Both the position numbers and the translations under genes were made by a program. Under the pieces are notes generated by a model. The model ran no database searches. It was not told where the DNA came from and worked only from the letters and a program-made list of their open reading frames with translations. A DNA stretch of 64,000 nucleotides, from NCBI GenBank assembly GCA_016187485.1, contig JACPJO010000004.1, forward strand, positions 121,349 to 185,348, given 5' to 3'. The DNA comes from Candidatus Uhrbacteria bacterium. GTDB lineage: Bacteria; Patescibacteriota; Patescibacteriia; UBA9934; UBA10169. Below are positions 8,988-18,183 of this stretch, piece by piece (the first letter of the stretch is position 1; the number at the start of each line of letters is the position of its first letter).

Positions 8988-11021
8988 TTATCGAGAAGCA
9001 AATCCGGGGATTTCCAGTTTGCGACCCTGATACTCTTCTTCGTAAAACTCTACACGGTCACCGGGTTCCGCTTTTACCTTTCCTTTATAGGAAATACCGA
9101 ACTCCTCGCCCGGTTGAACGGACTTCACAACTCTGGCCCCCGTCTTCATTTCAAGCACACTACCTTCTCCGATAATTTCCGTGCCGCGGAACATGCGCAT
9201 CTTGGCTCCGGGTTTCGCCGTCCCGTTTTTGAGACGCCCGCCCACAATCCATCCGTGTTCGATTTTACGAAACGCCGCGAGAACCTCCATATCGCCAAGC
9301 TCGCGGATGACATAGGCGTCCGGAAGCATCTCCTGCAAACGGCGGAGCACATCCTCGACAATTTTATAGATGATTTTCTCTACAAACAGTTCTACTTTTT
9401 TGTCCCGGGCAAATGCTTCCGCCCCCGGCGTAGGCGCGACACCAAACGCATAGACAATCGCATGGGATGCTTCGGCGTTTTGCACATCCGATTCCGTCAC
9501 ATTGCCCAGTCCACGCGACACCACCGTCACCCCCACATCGGGGTGCTCAATACGGTCGAAGAGTCCAAGCAGGGCCTCGAGCGATCCAAGAACATCCGCT
9601 TTCACCAGCACGGGAAGCAGCTTCTTCTCTCCTTGTTCCGTCGTACCGGAGATCTTGGAAGCCGTCATCTCCACAAGCTGGCCGGACCCTGCAGAGTGCT
9701 CAAACTTCTCGCGGCGCAGGATTTTTTCATTCTCCGCCACCTCCATAATATCCCCCACCGACGGCGTCGTCTTCCAACCAAGCACTTTCACAGGTGTTGA
9801 TGGGGGGGCTTCCTTCACCTCAACCATGCGCCAATTTTTCATAGCGCGGACTTTGCCATAGTGGACACCACGGATTCCAAGCACGTCGCCCACGCGAAGC
9901 GTCCCCGACTGCACAAGCACCGTTGCCACCGGCCCCTGCCCCTTATCAATATGCGAGTCAATGATCGTTCCCACAGCCGACGTAGCGGGATTCGCGCTAA
10001 TGGTTTCTTTTTCCATTTCGGCCACAAGCAAAACCATGTCGAGAAGTTTATCGATGTTTGTTCCCTGCTTGGCGGAGAGAGGCACGGTAATCACTTTGCC
10101 GCCCCACTCATCGGGCAAAAGATTACGCTCCGACAATTGCGTAAGCACCCGCTGTACGTCGGCACCCGGCACGTCAATTTTGTTGATCGCGACCACAAAC
10201 GGCATCTTGGCCGCCAGAATGATGTCGAGCGCCTCGATAGTCTGCGGGCGAATGCCATCGTCCGCCGCGATCACCAGAATGGCGATGTCTGCCACCTTGG
10301 CGCCACGCGAGCGCATCACGGTAAACGCTTCGTGGCCCGGGGTATCAATAAACGTGAGGGGAGACTTTCCCCCTTCTTTGCTCTGATACTCCACTTGGTA
10401 AGCGCCGATGTGCTGGGTAATACCGCCAGCTTCGGTCGCTACCACGTCGGTTTTGCGAATCGCGTCCAATAGTTTCGTCTTTCCGTGGTCGACGTGTCCC
10501 ATCACCACGACAACTGGCGAGCGTGCGCTCCCTGCCGCGCGGCTTTCCCGAAGCACTTCTTCCAGATGTTGATGTTCCACCTCTTCGGCCTTCGATGTTT
10601 CGGATGTCGTCGCCTCGCGCGTCGCCTCATAACCAAGATCGCCCGCAAGAATAGCCGCCGTATCAAAGTCAATGTTCTCATTAAGCGAAGCCAAGATGCC
10701 CGCGCGCATAAGTTCTTGCATGACGCGCGCAATGGGAAGTTGCAGACGTTCCGCAAACTCCCGTACCGTAAGCACCGGAGGAAGCGTTACGTTTTTGTCC
10801 TTCACCACTTCTTTGCGTTCCTGCGTTGCTTTTTGCGCCTCCATGCGTTCCTTAAGTCGCTCGCGACGGCGCATCTCGCTCCACGCGTTTTGAATCTGGC
10901 TCGCGATGCGATTGTCCACCTTAATCGCACGGCGTCCAATGCTAAACCCGAGCTCGGGCAGACGGCGGTAGAGCTCTTCGGGCGTAGCATTCAGACGGCG
11001 AGCGAGTTCCGTAATATTCAT
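8988..11021 (-). CDS. infB: Translation initiation factor IF-2
   Basis: 677 aa with G1-G4 GTPase motifs (GHVDHGKTKLLD, DTPGH, NKID), an N-terminal IF2_N region and C-terminal beta-barrel domains. Confidence 0.95.
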   Translation of the reverse strand: MNITELARRLNATPEELYRRLPELGFSIGRRAIKVDNRIASQIQNAWSEMRRRERLKERMEAQKATQERKEVVKDKNVTLPPVLTVREFAERLQLPIARVMQELMRAGILASLNENIDFDTAAILAGDLGYEATREATTSETSKAEEVEHQHLEEVLRESRAAGSARSPVVVVMGHVDHGKTKLLDAIRKTDVVATEAGGITQHIGAYQVEYQSKEGGKSPLTFIDTPGHEAFTVMRSRGAKVADIAILVIAADDGIRPQTIEALDIILAAKMPFVVAINKIDVPGADVQRVLTQLSERNLLPDEWGGKVITVPLSAKQGTNIDKLLDMVLLVAEMEKETISANPATSAVGTIIDSHIDKGQGPVATVLVQSGTLRVGDVLGIRGVHYGKVRAMKNWRMVEVKEAPPSTPVKVLGWKTTPSVGDIMEVAENEKILRREKFEHSAGSGQLVEMTASKISGTTEQGEKKLLPVLVKADVLGSLEALLGLFDRIEHPDVGVTVVSRGLGNVTESDVQNAEASHAIVYAFGVAPTPGAEAFARDKKVELFVEKIIYKIVEDVLRRLQEMLPDAYVIRELGDMEVLAAFRKIEHGWIVGGRLKNGTAKPGAKMRMFRGTEIIGEGSVLEMKTGARVVKSVQPGEEFGISYKGKVKAEPGDRVEFYEEEYQGRKLEIPGFASR

Positions 11022-11048
11022 GTGCGCGAAGAATAGCCAAAATTTGCG

Positions 11049-11741
11049 GTGCGGTCAACCCTCCGGTATCCTGACCACGTTATGCTTCCGCAAGGAATCC
11101 TCCTCATCGACAAGCCCGCAGGAATGACGTCGCACGACGTGATTGACGTCCTGCGGCGCCAAACAGGCGAGCGGCGCATTGGGCATGCCGGTACGCTCGA
11201 TCCCTTTGCCACGGGTCTTTTGATCGTGGCCGTAGGACGCGAGACCACAAAAACGCTTTCCGCGTACGTTGGGCTCGACAAAGAGTACGAGGCGGAAATC
11301 ATTCTCGGCGCGCGCTCGCAGACGCTTGATCCTGAAGGCCCCGTGGAAGTGCTTGGCGCCCCCTCCCTCTCTTCAGCACAGATCGAAACAGCTTTGCAGT
11401 CTCTGACGGGCAACCTTGCGCAAGTTCCGCCAATGTACTCGGCAATCAAAATAGGGGGAAAGAAACTCTACGAGCTCGCGCGCGTCGGAAAAGAAATCGA
11501 GCGCAAGCCACGCGCCGTGCACGTAAAAACATTTGTTCTTCTCTCTCCTCCCCTCGCTCTCAAAGACGGCACGACCAAACTTCACGTCTGTATAGAGTGT
11601 AGCAGCGGCACCTATATTCGCGCCCTTGCCCGAGACCTCGGGCACGCGCTGGGGACCGAGGCCTACGTATCCGTCCTCCGGCGCACGCGCATTGGGCCGT
11701 ATATGGCAAGGGATGCCCACCCCGTTGACGCAGCAAGGTAG
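11049..11741 (+). CDS. truB: tRNA pseudouridine(55) synthase
   Basis: N-terminus GILLIDKPAGMTSHDVI...GHAGTLDPFATGLL (catalytic Asp in GTLDP). Confidence 0.9.
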   Translation: MRSTLRYPDHVMLPQGILLIDKPAGMTSHDVIDVLRRQTGERRIGHAGTLDPFATGLLIVAVGRETTKTLSAYVGLDKEYEAEIILGARSQTLDPEGPVEVLGAPSLSSAQIETALQSLTGNLAQVPPMYSAIKIGGKKLYELARVGKEIERKPRAVHVKTFVLLSPPLALKDGTTKLHVCIECSSGTYIRALARDLGHALGTEAYVSVLRRTRIGPYMARDAHPVDAAR

Positions 11742-11892
11742 CTTTTGGTATCATCCGGCTGTAATTCTTGATGTTTTTTGGAGCCTGTTCGCTTGTTGAA
11801 GACTGCTTCAGACGCTATGATTTCTCTCGCTTTCTCCCCGTGGAACACTCTGTCCCTTTCGTGATTGCGGGCCTGCGCCTTGTGTCTTTTGC

Positions 11893-13464
11893 GTGCGAAC
11901 ACTCCGTGTTCGTATGTCCCCACAAATTATTGGATCTGTCGTTATCGCCCTTCTTGCCGGAGGGGTAGTTGGGTTTTTCCTCCGGCGTGTCACAGCCGGT
12001 AAAAAAATCGCTACCGCCGAAGCGCAGGCCGAGAAAATCCTGGCGGACGTAAAAGTGCGCGAGCAAGAAGCGCTCATCAAAGCACGCGAGAAGGCTCTCG
12101 CGATTATTGATGAGGGAAAAAAGGACGAAGCACGCCGTCGAAGTGAGATTACCGAATTGCAATCTCGTTTGGAAAAACGCGAAGCTTCGTTCGATCAAAA
12201 ACTCACCGAGCTTGACCGCAAATCCACCGCGCTTGAAGACAACAAACATCGATTAGACGAGGAGACAAAACGATTGGAGGAAACACGAGGAGAGATCGAG
12301 CGCGTGAAAGCCGAGGAGGTGGCAAAGCTCCAAGAGGTTTCCGGACTGACGAAGGAAGAGGCTATTGCACGGCTCGAGCAATCCGTGCAGGCAGAGTACA
12401 GCAATGCTCTCGCAAGCCGTCTGCGAAAACTCGAACAAGTAAACGAAGAGGAGATCGAGGCGAAAAGCCGGCAGATTCTGTCGTTGGCTATCACGCGATT
12501 CGCCGCTGGCCAGTCGGTGGACACTACAACGTCAAGCGTGGAACTTCCTTCGGATGAAATGAAAGGACGCATTATCGGTAAAGAGGGGCGCAACATTAAA
12601 ACCGTTGAACTCATGACGGGCACCGAAATCATCGTGGACGAGACGCCCAACATGATCACCATCTCTTGTTTCTCTCCTATCCGCCGGCAGGTCGCCAAAC
12701 TTGCGCTTGAGGAACTCATCAAGGACGGCCGTATTCAACCGGCACGCATTGAGGAGGCCGTGAAAAACGCAAAGCAGACGCTCTCAAAGGAAATCCGCAA
12801 AGCAGGCGAAGAAGCTCTGGTCGAACTTGGTATTCCCGTCTCCTCCATTGATCCAAAGCTGGTACAGATTCTTGGACGCATGAAATTCCGGACCAGCTAC
12901 GGCCAGAATGCGCTTCAACACTCCATAGAAGTTGCCACTCTTGCAGGTCTGATGGGAGCGGAGCTCGGCGCCGATGTGTTCAACTGCAAAAAGGGCGGGC
13001 TCTTTCACGACATCGGCAAAGCGGTGGATCATGATATGCAGGGAGCACACCCCGAGATTGGTTATAACATATTGAAAAAGTTCGGTTGGCCCGAAGAGCT
13101 TTGCTATCAATCGATCGCGCATCACGAGGATCGCCCGCGCACCATCGAGGGCGCCATCGTAAAGGCGGCAGACGCGATTTCGGGAGCGAGACCCGGCGCG
13201 CGCAAGAATTCGCTGGAACAATTTATCCAGCGTATGGAAGCACTCGAGAAAACCGCTTCCTCATTTGACGGCGTGGAGAAAGTCTACGCCATCCAAGCGG
13301 GGCGCGAAGTGCGTGTGTTCGTGGAGCCGAAGCTCATTGACGACTTAACCGCCTTCCGTCTTGCAAGCGACATCGCTAAAAAGATCGAGGCAGAACTGCA
13401 ATATCCCGGCGAGGTGAAAATCACCCTGATCCGCGAAACGCGCGTCGTTGAGTACGCCCGGTAG
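11893..13464 (+). CDS. rny: Ribonuclease Y (the start may be the ATG at 11914)
   Basis: N-terminal TM helix, long coiled coil, KH domain (IGKEGRNIKTVE) and HD domain (GLFHDIGKAVDH). A TTGTTG-17-TATGAT promoter-like pair lies at about 11795-11826. Confidence 0.9.
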   Translation: MRTLRVRMSPQIIGSVVIALLAGGVVGFFLRRVTAGKKIATAEAQAEKILADVKVREQEALIKAREKALAIIDEGKKDEARRRSEITELQSRLEKREASFDQKLTELDRKSTALEDNKHRLDEETKRLEETRGEIERVKAEEVAKLQEVSGLTKEEAIARLEQSVQAEYSNALASRLRKLEQVNEEEIEAKSRQILSLAITRFAAGQSVDTTTSSVELPSDEMKGRIIGKEGRNIKTVELMTGTEIIVDETPNMITISCFSPIRRQVAKLALEELIKDGRIQPARIEEAVKNAKQTLSKEIRKAGEEALVELGIPVSSIDPKLVQILGRMKFRTSYGQNALQHSIEVATLAGLMGAELGADVFNCKKGGLFHDIGKAVDHDMQGAHPEIGYNILKKFGWPEELCYQSIAHHEDRPRTIEGAIVKAADAISGARPGARKNSLEQFIQRMEALEKTASSFDGVEKVYAIQAGREVRVFVEPKLIDDLTAFRLASDIAKKIEAELQYPGEVKITLIRETRVVEYAR

Positions 13465-13467
13465 TGT

Positions 13468-14265
13468 ATGACGATCCTCGTCTTTGGGGACGTCGTGGGA
13501 AAAATTGGCCGCGAAGCGGTTCGTCTTGTTCTTCCCAAGTGGCGTGAGCACTATACCCCCGCGCTGATTCTGGCTAATGCAGAAAACCTCGCCCACGGGG
13601 CGGGCATCACCACAAAAACAGTGCGTGAAATGCACGACATGGGTATAAACGTGCTCACAGGGGGGAACCACCTCTGGGATAAACCGGCTTATGCGGACGT
13701 GTTTGCCGATCCAGAACTTTCACCCATGTTCGTCCGGCCCCTGAACGAAGTCCGCACCGTGCCGGGAGTTGGCGCACGTCTCGTGGAGCGCGGAGAGACA
13801 TCCTTTGCTATTCTCAACTTGATGGGACAAGCTTTTTTCAAAGACGCATACCCCTCGCCGTTTGCGGCTGTTGATGAAGCTCTCGAAAAGATTCCCCCCG
13901 AAGCTATCGTGCTTGTAGACGTCCACGCAGAGGCCACCTCGGAAAAAGCGCTTCTTGGAAAATACCTCGATGGACGTGCAACAGCCGTCTGGGGTACGCA
14001 TACACACGTACCTTCTGCCGACCAACGCCTTCTCCCGCGGGGTACAGCCTTTGCGACCGACGTGGGGATGAGCGGGGCCCATAACGAGTCTATCGGTATC
14101 CGGTACGACTTGGCTCTCGCGCTCATGAAGGACAAGAAAAAATCCCAGCTTGTTCCCCCGGAAAATGGCCCGGCCGAGGTAAATGCTCTGCTGGTTACCC
14201 TCGATGAAACGAGCAGGCGCGCCAAAGATATTCTCCGTCTACGGGAGATTGTCGAGATTCCTTAA
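13468..14265 (+). CDS. ymdB: YmdB-family metallophosphoesterase (2',3'-cyclic-nucleotide 2'-phosphodiesterase-like, TIGR00282)
   Basis: MTILVFGDVVGKIGREAV...ANAENLAHGAGIT...GGNHLWDK. The start lies 4 nt after the rny stop, matching the conserved rny-ymdB pair. Confidence 0.8.
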   Translation: MTILVFGDVVGKIGREAVRLVLPKWREHYTPALILANAENLAHGAGITTKTVREMHDMGINVLTGGNHLWDKPAYADVFADPELSPMFVRPLNEVRTVPGVGARLVERGETSFAILNLMGQAFFKDAYPSPFAAVDEALEKIPPEAIVLVDVHAEATSEKALLGKYLDGRATAVWGTHTHVPSADQRLLPRGTAFATDVGMSGAHNESIGIRYDLALALMKDKKKSQLVPPENGPAEVNALLVTLDETSRRAKDILRLREIVEIP

Positions 14266-14298
14266 GTGAGCTATACTTGGGCAAAATAATGACTATTT

Positions 14299-14664
14299 AT
14301 GAACAAAGCCGAACTCGCCATGAAGATCGCCGAGCGCCTCAATATCCAAAAGAAACAGGCAGAGGATTTCATCGAAGCTTTTGAGGCTATTACCACGGCT
14401 ACGCTCGCAGAAGGAGGCGAGGTGACTATTGCCGGATTCGGCACGTTCAGCGCACGCACGCGCGCGGGACGCATTGGCGTCAACCCACAAGACCCCAAAG
14501 AACAAATTACGATTCCTCCCGTGTTTGTTCCAAAGTTTAAAGCAGGCAAGGCCCTTAAGGACACATTAAAAGCCGCGGGGAAATCCCGCGGGATCGGTTC
14601 AGCCTCTGCCCCTCTCCCTACTCCTCCTTCGGGCGGAGCGTCGGGAACGCCATCACCTCTTTGA
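14299..14664 (+). CDS. hup: HU-family DNA-binding protein with a Pro/Ser/Gly-rich C-terminal tail
   Basis: MNKAELAMKIAERLNIQKKQAEDFIEAF...GFGTFSARTRAGRIGVNPQ is the canonical HU fold. About 30 extra low-complexity residues overlap the 3' end of convergent lysS. Confidence 0.85.
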   Translation: MNKAELAMKIAERLNIQKKQAEDFIEAFEAITTATLAEGGEVTIAGFGTFSARTRAGRIGVNPQDPKEQITIPPVFVPKFKAGKALKDTLKAAGKSRGIGSASAPLPTPPSGGASGTPSPL

Positions 14665-16093
14665 TGTTTTTGGCACCCGTAAGCAACATGACCATGCGGT
14701 CGAAGCCAATGCCAAGCCCGCACGTGGGCGGGAATCCGTGTTTGATTGCTTCTAGATAATCCTCGTCGGTTTGGTGGGCTTCGTCGAAGCCTGCCTCTTC
14801 TTTTTTCTTTTCCTCTACAAATCTCTGCCAAAGATCCTGCGGATCATTTAACTCCGTATAGTTGTTGCCAACTTCCATCCCAAGCGCAAACGCCTCGAAG
14901 CGCTGCACAAACCGAGGATCTTCACAGCGCTTTGCAAGCGGAGATGTCTCCACGGGATAATCATAAACGATTGTGGGTTGGATAAGCTGCTCCTCCACTT
15001 GGTCTTCAAACAACAGCCCGATCACTTCTCCGATACGGTGAAGCTTATCCAACTCTGCACGCCCTTTTTCTGTAAGACATTTACGCGCAGATGCTTTTGC
15101 GAGATCCACTTCGTTCCAGCCAAGCACATCTTCGCCTGTCACCGCGTGAATGGCTTCCACCATCGTCATGCGCTTCCACGGACGCGCCACAGAAATCACA
15201 GCCTCTTCGTGCACGATGTCGGTTGTGCCAAGCGCGCGCTTGGCAGATTCTTCAAACAACCGCTCAAAGATGTCCATGCCCCACCGGTAATCTTTGTATG
15301 CAGCCTGCGCTTCAAACATGGTGAACTCCGGATTGTGATCGCGGTCGATCCCTTCATTGCGGAACACTTTCGTAATTTCGTAGACTTTTTCAAAACCGCC
15401 AACAATCAGACGTTTCAAATACATCTCGTCGGAGATGCGCAGATAAAAGTCCGCGCCAAGTGCGTTATGATGCGTTGTAAACGGACGGGCAAATCCGCCC
15501 CCATAGATCGGTTGCAGCGTGGGCGTCTCGACATCCAAAAAACCCTCCTCTTCCAGAACATTTCGCAGGGCCCTCATAATAGCCGCGCGCTTGCGGATAT
15601 AATCCTTCGCGAGAGGATTGGTGAGAAAATCCAAATAACGCTGGCGCATACGCGCTTCGGGATCGGCAAGACCATGCCACTTTTCCGGAAGCGGAAGGAG
15701 GGCCTTTGCAAGCATGCGAGAGAGCGTGACGGAGATCGTCATTTCTGCTGTTTTCGTCTTAAAAAGTGTGCCCGTTACTTCAATAAAATCCCCCATCGTA
15801 AAAAATTGATGGAACTGATCGTAGGCCACCTCGCCCACCACGTCCCGTTTGAGCGCAAACTGGATGCGCCCCGTCTCGTCTTCCACATGCCCAAAAGTAA
15901 GGCCGCCATGCTTGCGGATAAGCCGCACGCGCCCCGCCACCGTCACTGCTTGCCCGCGCAAGGAAAGTCCATCGAAGTCCAGAAGAACAGACCCGATCGT
16001 ATGCGTGCGAAAAACCTCCGCTGGGTACGGATCCATGCCTGCCGCACGCATGATCGCTACGCGCTCAATATTGTCATGTTCTTCCTGAATCAT
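14618..16093 (-). CDS. lysS: Lysyl-tRNA synthetase (class II)
   Basis: 491 aa with an N-terminal OB anticodon-binding region and class II motifs (FRNEGID..., GLGIGFDRMVMLLTG). The start overlaps the proS stop by 4 nt (ATGA). Confidence 0.9.
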   Translation of the reverse strand: MIQEEHDNIERVAIMRAAGMDPYPAEVFRTHTIGSVLLDFDGLSLRGQAVTVAGRVRLIRKHGGLTFGHVEDETGRIQFALKRDVVGEVAYDQFHQFFTMGDFIEVTGTLFKTKTAEMTISVTLSRMLAKALLPLPEKWHGLADPEARMRQRYLDFLTNPLAKDYIRKRAAIMRALRNVLEEEGFLDVETPTLQPIYGGGFARPFTTHHNALGADFYLRISDEMYLKRLIVGGFEKVYEITKVFRNEGIDRDHNPEFTMFEAQAAYKDYRWGMDIFERLFEESAKRALGTTDIVHEEAVISVARPWKRMTMVEAIHAVTGEDVLGWNEVDLAKASARKCLTEKGRAELDKLHRIGEVIGLLFEDQVEEQLIQPTIVYDYPVETSPLAKRCEDPRFVQRFEAFALGMEVGNNYTELNDPQDLWQRFVEEKKKEEAGFDEAHQTDEDYLEAIKHGFPPTCGLGIGFDRMVMLLTGAKNIKEVMAFPTLRPKEE

Positions 16094-17349
16094 ACCTCGC
16101 GTAAAAATGTTTGGATGTCTTCAAGAACATCATCGAGCCGCACCATCTGCGCCTCTTCTGCCATACGACGTTTCCACTCAACCGACTGCTCTTTCATGGT
16201 GCGCTCTGAAAGCACCAGGCGCAGGGGCAGCCCAATCAAATCGGCATCGGCAAATTTTTCTCCCGCTGAAAGATCGGCACGATCATCCCACAAAACCTCG
16301 ATCCCTTGCTTCTCCAGCTCATCATGAAGCGATGCCGCCGTCACCTCAAGCTCTTCGGCAAGGACAGGGTCTTTCGCCCGTAAACTTACCAGATGCACGT
16401 GGAACGGCGACACGGACTTTGGCCAACACATGCCGCGCTCGTCATGATGCACCTCTACAATGGAGCCCAGAACACGCGACGGACCAATGCCGTAACAACC
16501 CATAAGCACAGGGAGCATTTTACCGTCCGGTCCTGCCACCTGAAATCCACACGCGTCAGAAAATCGCGTCTTCAGAGGAAAAATATTTCCCACCTCGATA
16601 CATTTTTGGATGTCGTACTTTTTTGTATTCTCCCAATCTGCCTCTGGCACAATTTCGCGGTTGAATGCCTCACCTGTTTGCCGATCAATGTATACGTGGT
16701 CCTCCCCCGCGGGCGTAAGGACTTGAAATTCGTGCGAGTGTTTGGAGAACACGCCGCCGGATGCCGCCACCACGAGCGCAGAGAGACCGCAGTGTTGGAA
16801 GACGCGCATATACGCCTGCTTTGCTTTCTCATAGAAGGCCATCAAGTCTTCCTCGGTGAGATGAAAACTGTACAAATCCTTCATGGAAAACTCGCGACCG
16901 CGAAGCAGACCGGATTTCGCGCGCGGTTCGTTACGGAATTTATCCTGAATTTGGTAGAGCGCAAGCGGCAAGTCCTTATACGACCGCACGTATTCCTTCG
17001 CAAGTGGCGTAATGACCTCCTCGGCCGTGGAGCTTAACGCATATTCTTTTCCGCCGGCACCCTCCAGCTTGAAAAGCACGTCAATAGTGTCCCACCGTCC
17101 CGTCGCGTCATAAAGCGCTTTGGGATGGAGGGCTGGCATCAACACTTCCTGCGCACCAAGCGCATTCATTTCTTCGCGCACAATGCGTTTCACCTTTTCG
17201 AGGACACGAAGTCCAAGCGGCAGATACGTATAGATACCTGCGGCAAGCTGATTCACGAATCCGCCTTGAAGAAGAAGCCGCGCGTTGGTGGAGTCCGCGT
17301 CTGCCGGAGCCATCTTGTTGGTTTTACCGAACATCTGAGAGTAACGCAT
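16090..17349 (-). CDS. proS: Prolyl-tRNA synthetase. The start is placed at the internal ATG (MRYSQMFGKT); the ORF track extends to 17448.
   Basis: ProRS N-terminus (QMFGKTNKMAPADADSTNARLLLQGGF), class II motifs and a C-terminal anticodon-binding/Zn domain. The 33-aa upstream extension has no ProRS similarity. Confidence 0.85.
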   Translation of the reverse strand: MRYSQMFGKTNKMAPADADSTNARLLLQGGFVNQLAAGIYTYLPLGLRVLEKVKRIVREEMNALGAQEVLMPALHPKALYDATGRWDTIDVLFKLEGAGGKEYALSSTAEEVITPLAKEYVRSYKDLPLALYQIQDKFRNEPRAKSGLLRGREFSMKDLYSFHLTEEDLMAFYEKAKQAYMRVFQHCGLSALVVAASGGVFSKHSHEFQVLTPAGEDHVYIDRQTGEAFNREIVPEADWENTKKYDIQKCIEVGNIFPLKTRFSDACGFQVAGPDGKMLPVLMGCYGIGPSRVLGSIVEVHHDERGMCWPKSVSPFHVHLVSLRAKDPVLAEELEVTAASLHDELEKQGIEVLWDDRADLSAGEKFADADLIGLPLRLVLSERTMKEQSVEWKRRMAEEAQMVRLDDVLEDIQTFLREV

Positions 17350-17492
17350 AACAGGCACTATGGTACTGTTTTCACTCCGTTTACGCAACGACTCCCCGTC
17401 CTCACGCTCCCCTTCGGCGAGTGCCACTAAAATACGAAACCACGTCATAGGACGTGGTGAGTACTGACCTCCGCAACCAGATAGGTTGGGGA

Positions 17493-18098
17493 TCAGAAGG
17501 TGAAGAACTGCGGAACGCTGTGCCAGGCCGTCTGGCGCTTTGGAGAAAGTTGGCTTTGCGCAAAGAGCATCATCGTCTCGATGGACCTGACCCGCATGGC
17601 CACACCGAAGCCTTCAAGCACCTTGAGACCCGCTCCCGTGAGTGCCAGGCTCTTTGTCTCTGGATCGCTTTCCCAGATCTCAGGATTCGTGTAGTCCCAG
17701 CGCTCCCCGTCGAAGAGGGCGTCACACTCCCCGGCCGCATCTTCGACGGCGACAACCCCCGGCGCGAGTTCCGCCATGCGGGTGGGAGCGTACTGCGGAA
17801 GCTGACGAGCAACTTTCCGGTAGTACTGGATGGCCTTCTGCCGCATCGTATCCATTGCTCCGTCTCCCTTCTTGGTGGAAAAAACGTATCCAAAACCCCC
17901 TGGCTCTGGACGTTCGCTACAGTAGCGTGCCGGTAGATAAAAATCAAAGGCGACTTCTTTTGACACAAAAGAAAGGCGGCACACTCCATTTTCTGAAGTT
18001 GTGCCGTCGACGCCTACTGGCTGATGAGATGAAGGAACGTGTCCGGCCTCCGAAATAGTGATGTCTGGTGCAGTATTCTTGAATTGGTCCGAACGCAT
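17493..18098 (-). CDS. Hypothetical protein (about 201 aa), directly upstream of proS on the same strand
   Basis: The ORF-track ORF (to 18290) overlaps the terminator of the preceding gene, so the start is placed at the internal ATG at 18098 (MRSDQF...). The C-terminal two thirds have ordinary globular composition. The opposite-strand ORFs are junk-like. Confidence 0.4.
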   Translation of the reverse strand: MRSDQFKNTAPDITISEAGHVPSSHQPVGVDGTTSENGVCRLSFVSKEVAFDFYLPARYCSERPEPGGFGYVFSTKKGDGAMDTMRQKAIQYYRKVARQLPQYAPTRMAELAPGVVAVEDAAGECDALFDGERWDYTNPEIWESDPETKSLALTGAGLKVLEGFGVAMRVRSIETMMLFAQSQLSPKRQTAWHSVPQFFTF

Positions 18099-18144
18099 TT
18101 CGCCGTCTGCGACGTTTCGCAAACCTGACCGCTCGGGTGCTGCC

Positions 18145-18170
18145 GAGAAAGAAAAGTCCCGCCTGGGACT
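18145..18170 (-). terminator. Rho-independent terminator after the zinc-ribbon repeat gene
   Basis: AGTCCCgcctGGGACT hairpin followed, on the minus strand, by TTTTCTTTCT, 14 nt downstream of the stop. Confidence 0.45.
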
Positions 18171-18183
18171 GAAGAAAAAATCC

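Noticed and set aside
14978-16327. 449-aa plus-strand ORF
   Set aside because: It lies antisense to lysS/proS, which have unambiguous aaRS motifs. Its composition is Arg/His/Cys-rich.
17350-17448. 33-aa N-terminal extension of proS in the ORF track
   Set aside because: ProRS homology begins at MRYSQMFGKT. The extension (MTWFRILVALAEGERED…) has no similarity and no better RBS.
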